Notes: generated by a model not told the origin, from the letters alone. Counted from the first letter of the stretch, positions 30,032 through 38,983 are shown. The stretch: DNA of 64,000 bases from a virus (IMGVR_UViG_2645727901_000008), one strand, 5' to 3'. Numbers and translations: made by a program.

Positions 30032-30769
30032 ATGGGCAAAAATTCATCAACAGAAAACACATCTACAATTGACTCAATCAAGGGCACAATGGATGAAGCC
30101 ATAAAAGATAAATTATTTAATAAATTATTTGCATATGTGGTGGTTTCATTTTTTGTCGTTAATTGGCAAGAAATACTAATTTTGTTTAAATCTAAATATG
30201 ATATATACACAACACTGTCTATAGTATGGGTAGGGGATAAATATCAAATCCCTTATTTTGGAACCTTCATTGTATCTCCGTTTTTAGCTCACTTTGTGAT
30301 GCCGTTTATATATGGCACTATTGCGTCCATAGTGATGCCTTATATTACTATGCGTATATCAAAACTCACTGGTAGAAATTATGCGCAAATAAGATACATT
30401 GACCATGAATTTGACTCAGAAGAGAAAGCAAGAGTAAAGGCGTTGCTGAGAAACCTAAAGAAAAAAGAGGAAGAGCTTTTAAAATTAGAGGAACAAATAG
30501 AAGGTCAACAAAAAATACTGAATACAATCGAAGAAAAGAAGAGAGAGATTGAGAGTGCCAGAGTGGCTCTGTATCACGGTATAAAAGTAATTGTTGATAT
30601 ATATAAAGCAAAAGATAAAAGGATTTCCACCAAAGAAGATTTTGCCGATTTATTAAAAGCAATTGAAGAAAGTGATTTTTATAAAGACACTGGGTTGTGG
30701 GGTATTAATAAATTAATAGATGACGTGGAGACAATATATGAGTCTCAATCGACATCAAAGGACAAGTAA
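30032..30769 (+). CDS. Membrane protein with C-terminal coiled-coil (candidate abortive-infection/exclusion protein)
   Basis: AT-rich gene; hydrophobic helices followed by a Lys/Glu-rich coiled-coil; ATG at 30032. Confidence 0.55.
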   Translation: MGKNSSTENTSTIDSIKGTMDEAIKDKLFNKLFAYVVVSFFVVNWQEILILFKSKYDIYTTLSIVWVGDKYQIPYFGTFIVSPFLAHFVMPFIYGTIASIVMPYITMRISKLTGRNYAQIRYIDHEFDSEEKARVKALLRNLKKKEEELLKLEEQIEGQQKILNTIEEKKREIESARVALYHGIKVIVDIYKAKDKRISTKEDFADLLKAIEESDFYKDTGLWGINKLIDDVETIYESQSTSKDK

Positions 30770-30802
30770 TATAAAAGGCGGGATAACCGCCTTTGTTGTA
30801 AA

Positions 30803-31999
30803 TTAAGAACCTTTCTTCACATACTCCATGAACATTTTTTCAGCTTGTGCAGGTGGTGTTCCTGCCATGACCAGCGCATCAATGAACGCCTGCTTCTTCA
30901 GTGCGAACTGATCGGCCAGGCGTTGCTGAAGCTCCTTGTTTTTCTGTTTCTCACGTTGCAACGCCGCTTCTTTTGCTGCCGCCCGTTTTTTCTGTGCGTC
31001 TGACAACTTTCTGGCCTTGGTCAGTTGGTCACGTAGCTTGTCAATCTTGCCGTTGTCCTTTGCCAGTTTTGTGCTTAAAGCGGCCTGGCGCTTCTGATAG
31101 AGCCTCCATTCGCGCTTGGCAGCGTCAACGTTTGTTTTACTGTTGCGATTGCGATTAAACTCCCTCTCGTCTTCTTTTGAGAAGTGTTTGGTTGTACGGC
31201 GGCGATCGTCACCAAATGCAATTTGCGTTGCGGCCTTTTGTAACGCACGAGCAATACTCATTTGCCAACTAGCGGACTGTAACCGCGTCATTGAGTGGAT
31301 CACGTGTTTACAGGCGACGCCTTGTAGCTTAGGGTTACGAACTTTTGGATAGGCGTATTCTTTTGGCGGGGCCAGGGCAAAGTTACCCGCAGTAGCGATG
31401 TAACGATACCAGTATTGATGACGACCACAGTCACAATCGAAAGACACCCGCCCGGCGCACAGTGATTTAGTGATTTTCAGAGCTGATTTATCGTCTTCTG
31501 CGATGTCATCGACCATCTGATCCCATTCTTCAAAGCGTATCCGGACGATATGGTGCTGGTGGACGGATATATCCGATGCTTCTACGCGGATATGAATCAC
31601 GTTGTGGCGAAGAGATACGGGTGTAGCTCTTTTGATACCAGATCCGTCATCCACGGCGTTATTTGCACGCTTAATATCGATTGCCTGGCTGGATGCCACC
31701 AGCTGGGCGTATGTGATGCCAGCCGTCTTGCTGTCATATTTTTCGCGTGTTTTACTCCGTAGCTTTTCGAAACCTTTCAGGTCGTCTCGCGTGAAGAACG
31801 TGCCGCCTTTTTTCTTCCCTAACTTGAGAATATCTTCGGCGGATTTGTTCCTCAGTCTACCTGGCGTCAGCGTCCGGTGAGCTTGTCGGCGCTTACGGGT
31901 TTGTTCTTTCCTGATAAGGTCGAATAAACGCGTGAAGTCCTTAGAGGACAGGCCGTCAGTGATATAGCGCCCGTCCTGGTTTTTCAGGAAATCAGGCAT
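30803..31999 (-). CDS. SWIM-type zinc-finger protein with basic coiled-coil C-terminus
   Basis: CxC-N29-CxH pattern (FDCDCGRHQ...ACKHVIH); highly basic C-terminal region. Confidence 0.5.
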   Translation of the reverse strand: MPDFLKNQDGRYITDGLSSKDFTRLFDLIRKEQTRKRRQAHRTLTPGRLRNKSAEDILKLGKKKGGTFFTRDDLKGFEKLRSKTREKYDSKTAGITYAQLVASSQAIDIKRANNAVDDGSGIKRATPVSLRHNVIHIRVEASDISVHQHHIVRIRFEEWDQMVDDIAEDDKSALKITKSLCAGRVSFDCDCGRHQYWYRYIATAGNFALAPPKEYAYPKVRNPKLQGVACKHVIHSMTRLQSASWQMSIARALQKAATQIAFGDDRRRTTKHFSKEDEREFNRNRNSKTNVDAAKREWRLYQKRQAALSTKLAKDNGKIDKLRDQLTKARKLSDAQKKRAAAKEAALQREKQKNKELQQRLADQFALKKQAFIDALVMAGTPPAQAEKMFMEYVKKGS

Positions 32000-32321
32000 T
32001 TTCTATCTCCGGTTCCGCGCTCGCGTAATCACGGATCTTGTTCCTCAGCCATGCCACATCAGGAAGAGTTAACGTGGTCCCGGCGGGCATTTCTTCCATT
32101 TCTGACTCATGGCCCACCAGCACCCGGAATACCCAGCGCAAATCTGCATTGCCATACGCCCTGTAGGCTGCAAGGTCTGAACGATATACTTCATCAATCT
32201 TTATCGTGTACTGGAAATTATCAGAGTGATACTCCGATACCCGCTTAATCATTTCCTGGTGAAACAGCGCACGAAAAATATCGTCTTCAATGTACCTATC
32301 GTCGAGTCTGCTATAGCCCAT
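31992..32321 (-). CDS. Hypothetical protein (coupled to the SWIM gene)
   Basis: 109-aa ORF overlapping the downstream gene start by 8 nt. Confidence 0.5.
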   Translation of the reverse strand: MGYSRLDDRYIEDDIFRALFHQEMIKRVSEYHSDNFQYTIKIDEVYRSDLAAYRAYGNADLRWVFRVLVGHESEMEEMPAGTTLTLPDVAWLRNKIRDYASAEPEIENA

Positions 32322-32514
32322 AACAAAGCCTCTCAGTCATAACATGGGGGAAACTGTATGCAGGGTGTGAAATGCGAGAAACAGACAGGCCACCAGTTCA
32401 GGGGGATGTGGTTCATAAATCCCCTCACTGGTGACAAGTGACTTTCATTAATCTTTATGCGGGGGCCAGCTTCATTTGCTGGCATTAGATTAAAAATTAA
32501 ACGGAGTGAATGAC

Positions 32515-32649
32515 ATGGATGTTATTCTAGAATTGTTAAAGCTTATTGATCTGTTTATGAACGCCTCATTGACCACTCAAATACTGGCGTCAATATTTTT
32601 GTTACTCTTCTACCTGGTATTGAGGGAGTTAACAAAGCTACTAATGTGA
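32515..32649 (+). CDS. Possible small hydrophobic peptide (44 aa)
   Basis: ATG at 32515 preceded by GGAG; single predicted TM helix; below ORF-track size cutoff. Confidence 0.3.
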   Translation: MDVILELLKLIDLFMNASLTTQILASIFLLLFYLVLRELTKLLM

Positions 32650-33345
32650 TCAAAGTATCACGGTATCTTCATCAACTTCTTTCCCAGCCAGTGACTTTGG
32701 CTGGGAGGTGCCTGCTTTAACTTTTTCATGCCCAATAATGGAAAGGAACGAAGCGAGTATGCCTGTTTTTTGCTCTTTCTCGACTGTACCGGTCATCTGC
32801 TCTACATAATCTGCACTGGCAACGTTGTGGTATACGGTCGCGTAGCAACACAGGATCATCAGAATATGCTCCGGCCTGATATCCTGCCAGTTCACCCTGT
32901 AGACTTCTTCTCCGTTACCGTTGTATTCGGTATCAACGATAGAGTCGGGGATTTCGAAAGCACCTTTGTTATTTTGCGGCAGGGATAATAGTTTCTGGAG
33001 TTTTAACTCTCTGTATCTTTCCATCCCGACGATGATTGCTGCTCTTCCATCGGCATGACGGGTCTTGAGAGTCACCTGACTTGCTCCGGTGCCAGCGGAG
33101 ATCGTTGGCGTAATTTCGTCTACCAGTACCTTAAATTTGCTTTTCCGCAGGGCTGCTATAGCTGGAGGAATTTTTTGCTTTTGCTCCAATGCTGACGCGG
33201 GAAGGGGTTTTACTTCGTTAATAATGAGAGCACCGTCTTTCAGTATTGCAGTGAGCATTTGAGGCTTGCTGGTGGTCAGGCTGAATATTGCGATCTTTTC
33301 CATTGTCCTTCCTCCACGGATGACGGATACAAAAAAAGGCCGCAC
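32650..33345 (-). CDS. Hypothetical protein
   Basis: 231-aa ORF; likely true start MEKIAIF near 33303. Confidence 0.5.
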   Translation of the reverse strand: MRPFFVSVIRGGRTMEKIAIFSLTTSKPQMLTAILKDGALIINEVKPLPASALEQKQKIPPAIAALRKSKFKVLVDEITPTISAGTGASQVTLKTRHADGRAAIIVGMERYRELKLQKLLSLPQNNKGAFEIPDSIVDTEYNGNGEEVYRVNWQDIRPEHILMILCCYATVYHNVASADYVEQMTGTVEKEQKTGILASFLSIIGHEKVKAGTSQPKSLAGKEVDEDTVIL

Positions 33346-33354
33346 ATGGCGGCC
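33331..33354 (-). terminator. Terminator-like hairpin (ggccgcacatggcggcc flanked by A7)
   Basis: On the minus strand the hairpin is followed by U7; function uncertain given position. Confidence 0.4.
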
Positions 33355-33586
33355 TGCTTTGGCGTTATGACTCCCTACCGCGCTTCGGCTGAAAGTTAAT
33401 CGTCAAAAGAACCTTCAACGGGAGCCGTTAGCGCGATGGATTATGTGCAGTTTGTGATTTCCAAAATAGTGTCAACCACTTTTTGTGGATTTTATTTTTT
33501 GACCGAAATTTGGCCTAAATCATGTTGATGTAGTTAATTGTTTTTATAACATAAAACTTCATTTTGTTTACATGAAGGATGGTGTA

Positions 33587-34195
33587 GTGAAGTTAAGGGT
33601 TTTAGGGGCCGCGCTCGCGGCTATGTTGGGATGCGTATCTGCTAATACTGCCAATGCAACTGCGTTACCTGCACAATTCAGGGCAGGGCAGCAGGTTATG
33701 AATAATGCTGGTGGGGATCATTCACAAGCGGCCATTATGGACTTTTGCAAGAGGGAGGGCATTCCATTACGGCCTGTTGGAACTCAGTTTATTGGTAAAA
33801 CTGACTTTTGCGTTTTTGCATATACAGCATATCTGACGGACAAAGCTATAACAAAAACAGGTTATTCAACCAAAGATACTCTTTCCAGATTAAGTCAGGG
33901 ATGGCAGCAATTCGAAGTGTATCGCCAGCAAGGATTAGGTGAGTTATTGCAACCACTTTTTATGCTTGCGTTGGTGCCCGAGGGGCAGCAATTTTTGGTT
34001 AAAAAGGGAATGCTTCGCCAAAGTGATATTGCCGGGTTCGATAGCATGATGGCTTATGAGCGCAAACTAACCGAGCAGCGAAATAAAAAACCATCTGCTT
34101 CATGTGTGCAAAGTAAAACAGCAGAATACAGTGCAGTAGCCGGGCCTTTAGCCAAACAAATGGCAGAGCAATGGTGTAAAAAATACGGGCAATAA
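33587..34195 (+). CDS. Secreted/periplasmic protein (signal peptide)
   Basis: GTG start at 33587 gives MKLRVLGAALAAMLGCVSANTANA; no known domain. Confidence 0.55.
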   Translation: MKLRVLGAALAAMLGCVSANTANATALPAQFRAGQQVMNNAGGDHSQAAIMDFCKREGIPLRPVGTQFIGKTDFCVFAYTAYLTDKAITKTGYSTKDTLSRLSQGWQQFEVYRQQGLGELLQPLFMLALVPEGQQFLVKKGMLRQSDIAGFDSMMAYERKLTEQRNKKPSASCVQSKTAEYSAVAGPLAKQMAEQWCKKYGQ

Positions 34196-34215
34196 GTTAC
34201 GCAGCGGAGGCAGAA

Positions 34216-34608
34216 TTGAAAAGATTGACTATTGCTTTACTGGCGTCTTTCCCTTTGATCGCGAGCGCCGGAAATTTACAAGTTAAGTGCGGTCGGTTTG
34301 ATATAAAAATCTATCCAGATGCCATATTTCTGAATGGGAATAAGGTTGATAACGTACACCGAAAAACTAAATCTGACGTAATGAGCTATGTGTTCCAGGA
34401 GTATGCGGAGATGGGGGGAACTTACACGCTGTACTCGCTGGATGTTCCTTCTCGCGGTGATATGACATTATCCCATCAATGGCAGAACGCCGATGGCGAA
34501 GCTCTGCGCGAAGTTAAAACAGAAAAATGCGGCACTTTCCATTCTTTTAAAGGGAAAGTGCCAAATGTTAAATCTGTGCTTGAAAAACAGCGCGCAGGTG
34601 ATTTTTAA
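34216..34608 (+). CDS. Secreted protein (signal peptide)
   Basis: MKRLTIALLASFPLIASA signal peptide; 130 aa. Confidence 0.55.
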   Translation: MKRLTIALLASFPLIASAGNLQVKCGRFDIKIYPDAIFLNGNKVDNVHRKTKSDVMSYVFQEYAEMGGTYTLYSLDVPSRGDMTLSHQWQNADGEALREVKTEKCGTFHSFKGKVPNVKSVLEKQRAGDF

Positions 34609-34696
34609 ACTGCGTTAGCACTTTGAACATGGCGACAACACATCTTGGTGGCTGCGTTGTCGCTGTATGTTTTTATAATATAAAGCATTAAAGTTT

Positions 34697-35326
34697 TCAT
34701 TTTTGTCGGATCTTTTCCAGCATATTTAATTCATTATCACTTTCTGCTGCTGAGACGGTTGGCCTCACATTTCCGAAATATTTCCTGTGAGACTCATGAC
34801 TTATGTATTCACCGACAGTTTCATTCTTGAATATACGAATTTGACATATGCGAGATCCAACAATAAGTTCTACAGGGCTATTCCCATGATTAAATAACTC
34901 TAAAGATATACAGCCTCTGTACCCTGGTTGTATCATGGTATTTAATGAAAGACCAAGCCTTGTATAGCTGCTTCTGGACAATACATCAGCGTAGCAATCT
35001 GGTGGCAAACAAACATATTCTAATGTTGTTGCCAGTACCACTTGATTCGGGTAAACAATGAATCTATCCCCAAGATCTCTCCTTGTTTCCTGGAAAAATG
35101 TTCTGATTGGTTGATGAGTATCATTGTTTTTTGATGGAATTAACTCTATTGACGGCTTCCTTGTCATAATAGACACTAAAAAATCGTAACCAAGTCTAAG
35201 GTCTATGGTGAAGTTCCCAATTTGGTTTTTATTTAGAAGAGGTTCAATGAACAACGACTCAGGTTCTTCTGATTCATAATATTGCAGCAATTCAGCTTTG
35301 CTTAGGAGATTCATTGTGCACTCCAT
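34697..35326 (-). CDS. dCTP deaminase (Dcd)/dUTPase-superfamily protein
   Basis: Blocks parallel to E. coli Dcd (IDLRLGYDF; VLATTLEYVCLPPD; SRSSYTRLGLSL; GYRGCISLELFNHGNSPVELIVGSRICQI); AT-rich. Confidence 0.7.
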   Translation of the reverse strand: MECTMNLLSKAELLQYYESEEPESLFIEPLLNKNQIGNFTIDLRLGYDFLVSIMTRKPSIELIPSKNNDTHQPIRTFFQETRRDLGDRFIVYPNQVVLATTLEYVCLPPDCYADVLSRSSYTRLGLSLNTMIQPGYRGCISLELFNHGNSPVELIVGSRICQIRIFKNETVGEYISHESHRKYFGNVRPTVSAAESDNELNMLEKIRQK

Positions 35327-36384
35327 TTTTCAAGAATCATTACGTTTCGAATCGATTTTTCAACCAAATCATTTATAGTTTTTTCTATGGCTTCTTGTGA
35401 CAACCCAGACCATATACCCGTAGGTTTTTCCCATTCAGAGCATAAGTACTGCCAGCTGCTGTTAATAAAAGCATGCATTTCATTGTGGTCGCGAATAACA
35501 AAAGGACGCACATTATCAAAAGCTGATTTCACATCAAGCAAAGGTGTCGGCAATGTCAAACAAGGAGAAATAATCTGCCCACCATTATGTAAGGCTGATA
35601 TCACAGCATTGAACATGCCAACAACTGGATTTTCCACTTTGTTCAAAAAGTCGCTTACAATTTTAACTCTATCTTCTGTGGATGGGTGAGTATAGCTTGC
35701 AGGATGAGAGCCAGCTAATTTGTATAAGAAATCTACCCCACTTTTTCCAATAAATTGGGCACTAAATAGATCTGCAAAATATTCTCTGCAATGATTTATC
35801 CAAATAACATCAGGTAGATTACTCCATTCTGGTCCAGGAAGTGTGCCTTTGTCCTTGGAACGATAGTTAAGACAGGCAAGCTCAGAAATACCTTTGCTAA
35901 TATCAACGAAATGTCCCAATTCGTGATATAAAGGTATAGAGCATAATGGTCGTCTTCTGTACATTTCAGGTAATGAAATCTGAATTAATTCGACATCGAA
36001 TTTGACATTTAAAACTTCGTCAAATAAAGAATACAAATTCTTGTTTACAGACTTAAAATAAAACCCATGCATATCTGGAGATAGGGCTGTGGTTATAAGT
36101 GTTTTTTCACTTATCCATTTTTTACAGGCATCATTTAAGCAATAGACAATCTCGTAGGGAATTTTCTTTGTAGTACTGCCAGTGAAAAAATTAACTGCAT
36201 CGGTGATAAAAAAAGTACAATCCGCAATTATTTTATCAGCAACATTCACATGGTTTTCATAGAGCTTATCCACCGCTTCTTGTAGAACAGCAAGATATTC
36301 ATGCATGTCTTTAGAAAAATAGGGAGATTCTGATATCTCCCTTAGCTTATTTCGAACTAATGTAAGTTGTGTAAATGCAAGCAT
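35311..36384 (-). CDS. HExxH zinc-metallopeptidase-like protein
   Basis: HELGH motif (YHELGHFVD) with downstream Glu (REYFAD); 357 aa; overlaps the downstream Dcd-like gene by 16 nt. Confidence 0.55.
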   Translation of the reverse strand: MLAFTQLTLVRNKLREISESPYFSKDMHEYLAVLQEAVDKLYENHVNVADKIIADCTFFITDAVNFFTGSTTKKIPYEIVYCLNDACKKWISEKTLITTALSPDMHGFYFKSVNKNLYSLFDEVLNVKFDVELIQISLPEMYRRRPLCSIPLYHELGHFVDISKGISELACLNYRSKDKGTLPGPEWSNLPDVIWINHCREYFADLFSAQFIGKSGVDFLYKLAGSHPASYTHPSTEDRVKIVSDFLNKVENPVVGMFNAVISALHNGGQIISPCLTLPTPLLDVKSAFDNVRPFVIRDHNEMHAFINSSWQYLCSEWEKPTGIWSGLSQEAIEKTINDLVEKSIRNVMILEKWSAQ

Positions 36385-36689
36385 TAAATGTACTCTAATA
36401 CATTCCGGGCCATTACGGGTTCTAACATATCTTCGCTAGTTACTTTGGTTAGCACCTGGGCGAGCGCCTTAGTGTGGCGTATCTCTACCGCGAGCGAGAT
36501 GGACTCTCTGTGAGAAGGAATCTGTAATTGATCACCTTTATCTACACTTAAGTTTGAGGCTTCTCTGATCACCTCATAAACCCGTAACTTTAACTGCTGT
36601 GACACTTCTTGTTGAGATGCTATAAGCTGAAGTACAGTCTTGATCAACTTCAAAGAATCAGAAGCTTGCTGAGGAACCGCATAGAGCAT
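36384..36689 (-). CDS. Small hypothetical protein, first gene of the three-gene operon
   Basis: 101-aa ORF ending exactly where the HExxH gene starts. Confidence 0.5.
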   Translation of the reverse strand: MLYAVPQQASDSLKLIKTVLQLIASQQEVSQQLKLRVYEVIREASNLSVDKGDQLQIPSHRESISLAVEIRHTKALAQVLTKVTSEDMLEPVMARNVLEYI

Positions 36690-36826
36690 AACCCCTCCTT
36701 TCCCTTATCTATAACCGCTTTCTTTTTTCTGTGTATGTTAAAAGTAGAAGCGGTTTTTACCTTTTGTAATATATATAGTGTCTAAAACTAACTTTGGCAC
36801 TATATATGGCATGATATCTATGTTTT

Positions 36827-36868
36827 AAAGACACAAAAGCTCTGTTAAAACAGAGCTTTTGTGTCTTT
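36827..36868. repeat. Near-perfect 18-bp inverted repeat (aaagacacaaaagctctg...cagagcttttgtgtcttt)
   Basis: Read directly from sequence; lies about 140 bp upstream of the three-gene operon start. Confidence 0.6.
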
Positions 36869-37014
36869 AACTTGATCATTTTCTCGCTGAAGTGTATGTC
36901 AGGCTTAGCTCATAATCAAGTTGCTTCCAAGCTAAAAATGAGCTAGCTCCCTGAAACACTAAGAGCGGGGTGTTTCATTTATTAGCGTTGGGCCTGACGG
37001 TGTGTAGGTGAATT

Positions 37015-37302
37015 TTAGCTCATTACTCGATAACGACGGGGAATGGAATTCTCCATCAGGCCACGAATTACTCCCGCCTCACGTAGTTCCTCTGTCTCCC
37101 AGTATCTGTTTGTCACCAGATCGAGGCTGGCTATGACCTTGTGCCGGTCATTCGGCATAGCTAATTTTTCTGCTATAACCATCAGTGAAAACTCTTCATC
37201 CAGTAGAATTTGATAGCAGTTTTTTGATAGTTCCACTTCCCTTATGAGACTGAAACGTCGCTGGATTGTGGCAGTAGAGTAAGTGAAATCTATTTTCTTC
37301 AT
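37015..37302 (-). CDS. Hypothetical protein
   Basis: 95-aa ORF downstream of the antirepressor-like gene. Confidence 0.45.
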   Translation of the reverse strand: MKKIDFTYSTATIQRRFSLIREVELSKNCYQILLDEEFSLMVIAEKLAMPNDRHKVIASLDLVTNRYWETEELREAGVIRGLMENSIPRRYRVMS

Positions 37303-37361
37303 CGTGCGGAGAATCCGATTATTTAGCAGTTAAAGCCCCGGACAGGCCGGGGCAACAGTAA

Positions 37362-38288
37362 TTAACTAACAATCCAGTCCATAGCAACCATATCCTCTGG
37401 CGCTAAATCAATAGCATGGATTTTCCCATCCCGGATAGTGCGCCAGTGCTTCCTTGATCCGCCTTCGGGCCATACCCATACACCTTCAGACCATGAGGCG
37501 CGACGGCATACCGTTGCATATCCACTTCTGATCTTCTCTCTGGCGGTATGCAGTGACAGATTATCTTTTGGGATTTCCGGTAAAGGATGATGGATTGCCT
37601 GAAACAGCCCCATCTTGGGATGATACCAGCGTTTGTTGCGTGGTTCTGCCTCCGACATAACCTGCTTGAAGGCTTTCTGGAAGGGGGCCAGGGCCACAAT
37701 GGAGCGTCGCGCAAGCAAACCATCTGGAGTTAAAAACTCATGCGTATCGGTGGGAATCCGGAAAGCGTTAACCAGGTTGCGACATTTGGCTTCGGTCAGG
37801 CCACATTTCGCCGCCAGCTGGCGGTAGCCAATGTAGCCTTCCGGAATATTGCCTTTCTTTATTTGCTCGAGTGTTTCAGCGACCATCGATACTTGTGCTG
37901 ATACCTCGGCTACCTGGGCATTTACGGCGTTGATCCGGCGTTCATGCTCAAGATGCATTTGCGCCATTTCAGCCAGGATTTCGGCTTTTGATTTTAACTG
38001 TACCCGGGCATTCTCCAGTTCGCGCCAGCGGTCCACCAGCCGGGCGGTGAATTCGGGAGAGAGCTGCGCGACGACGACAATACTATCGCGCTTGCCTTGC
38101 TCGCCTTCGAAGACGTAATAGCTCGCCGGGCGGCCTGCGGTGGGCTTTTCCTCAATTTGAGGAAAAGATATTACGCCCCGTTCCGCCAGGTGTTCAATGG
38201 TGCGTTTAACGTTATCAGGGCGCTTACCTACCAGTTCCGCGATCTCAATGCTGGTCATTGTCGCTTTTTGAGAGATGGACAGATTCAT
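37362..38288 (-). CDS. Antirepressor-like protein (Rha/Ant family N-terminal domain)
   Basis: N-terminus TSIEIAELVGKRPDNVKRTIEHL...GRPASYYVFEGEQ resembles phage Rha/antirepressor domains; 308 aa. Confidence 0.6.
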   Translation of the reverse strand: MNLSISQKATMTSIEIAELVGKRPDNVKRTIEHLAERGVISFPQIEEKPTAGRPASYYVFEGEQGKRDSIVVVAQLSPEFTARLVDRWRELENARVQLKSKAEILAEMAQMHLEHERRINAVNAQVAEVSAQVSMVAETLEQIKKGNIPEGYIGYRQLAAKCGLTEAKCRNLVNAFRIPTDTHEFLTPDGLLARRSIVALAPFQKAFKQVMSEAEPRNKRWYHPKMGLFQAIHHPLPEIPKDNLSLHTAREKIRSGYATVCRRASWSEGVWVWPEGGSRKHWRTIRDGKIHAIDLAPEDMVAMDWIVS

Positions 38289-38503
38289 CAGTGCGCCTCC
38301 ACGCAGTTCATCGGCAGATTCCAGTAATTGAGGATCTCCATCGCATCAAGAGTGAAGCGAGCAGCAAAAATGCAGGGTTCTTCGGGAAGGTATGAGCGCG
38401 CCTCTGCTTCGGTAGCAGCCATGACGCAGATATACAGGTGTTTTTGGCAGGAATAGAAACGCCAGATAAATTCAGAATGAGTTGGGGTAGGGATAGTAGC
38501 CAT
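38288..38503 (-). CDS. Small protein upstream of the antirepressor (Icd-like position)
   Basis: 71-aa ORF overlapping the ant-like start; P1 immI analogy only. Confidence 0.35.
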   Translation of the reverse strand: MATIPTPTHSEFIWRFYSCQKHLYICVMAATEAEARSYLPEEPCIFAARFTLDAMEILNYWNLPMNCVEAH

Positions 38504-38509
38504 ATTGGC

Positions 38510-38688
38510 AGCCTCCTTTGACTAAGTTAAGGAGCTACCGCGTGAGGTTCCAATCTCAATGGCGGTAGCACTGACTGGGTTGGAACTACCGGCGTCAAAG
38601 GGAACCGGCCTGCCTTTCGGCAGCCCAGCCAGCACTACCATTGATCTCTGAGCTAAACGCTACGTATGGCTGTGCGATGGCATGACAC
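38510..38688 (-). ncRNA. Candidate structured leader / antisense-RNA region (c4-like position)
   Basis: Non-coding stretch with several stems (gctaccgc...gcggtagc; ggaaccggcctgcctttcggcagcc) between a terminator and the icd/ant-like genes; speculative. Confidence 0.25.
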
Positions 38689-38710
38689 AAAAAAAGACGC
38701 TTTCGGCGTC
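38689..38710 (-). terminator. Rho-independent terminator on the minus strand (gacgccgaaagcgtc + U7)
   Basis: Hairpin followed by T7 on the minus strand, downstream of ref. Confidence 0.65.
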
Positions 38711-38815
38711 TGTGTCGCCTTTGACATTATCCGGGGTTCCAATCCCGGCACCCGTTTTTCTAAGGTGCCGTAGAAATATACCCCACGATAATGCCAGGGC
38801 GCAACAGTCAGTATT

Positions 38816-38983
38816 TTATGCTTTGGCGGATTTCTTCCGGGCTTGCTTGCAGGCGTAGGCCATTGCTTTAGCTTTCACTTCATCCAGCTTCCCGGTGATC
38901 GCTTCTTTTCCGAGAGTGACAAACCAGTCATAGCAACCGCCAGTGATGTTCTGGATTTGAAAGTTGAGGTAGCGAACGGTCAT
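38816..38983 (-). CDS. Possible small protein (55 aa)
   Basis: Minus-strand ORF MTVRYLNFQIQNITGGCYDWFVTLGKE...; preferred over the opposing track ORF 38843..39061. Confidence 0.3.
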   Translation of the reverse strand: MTVRYLNFQIQNITGGCYDWFVTLGKEAITGKLDEVKAKAMAYACKQARKKSAKA

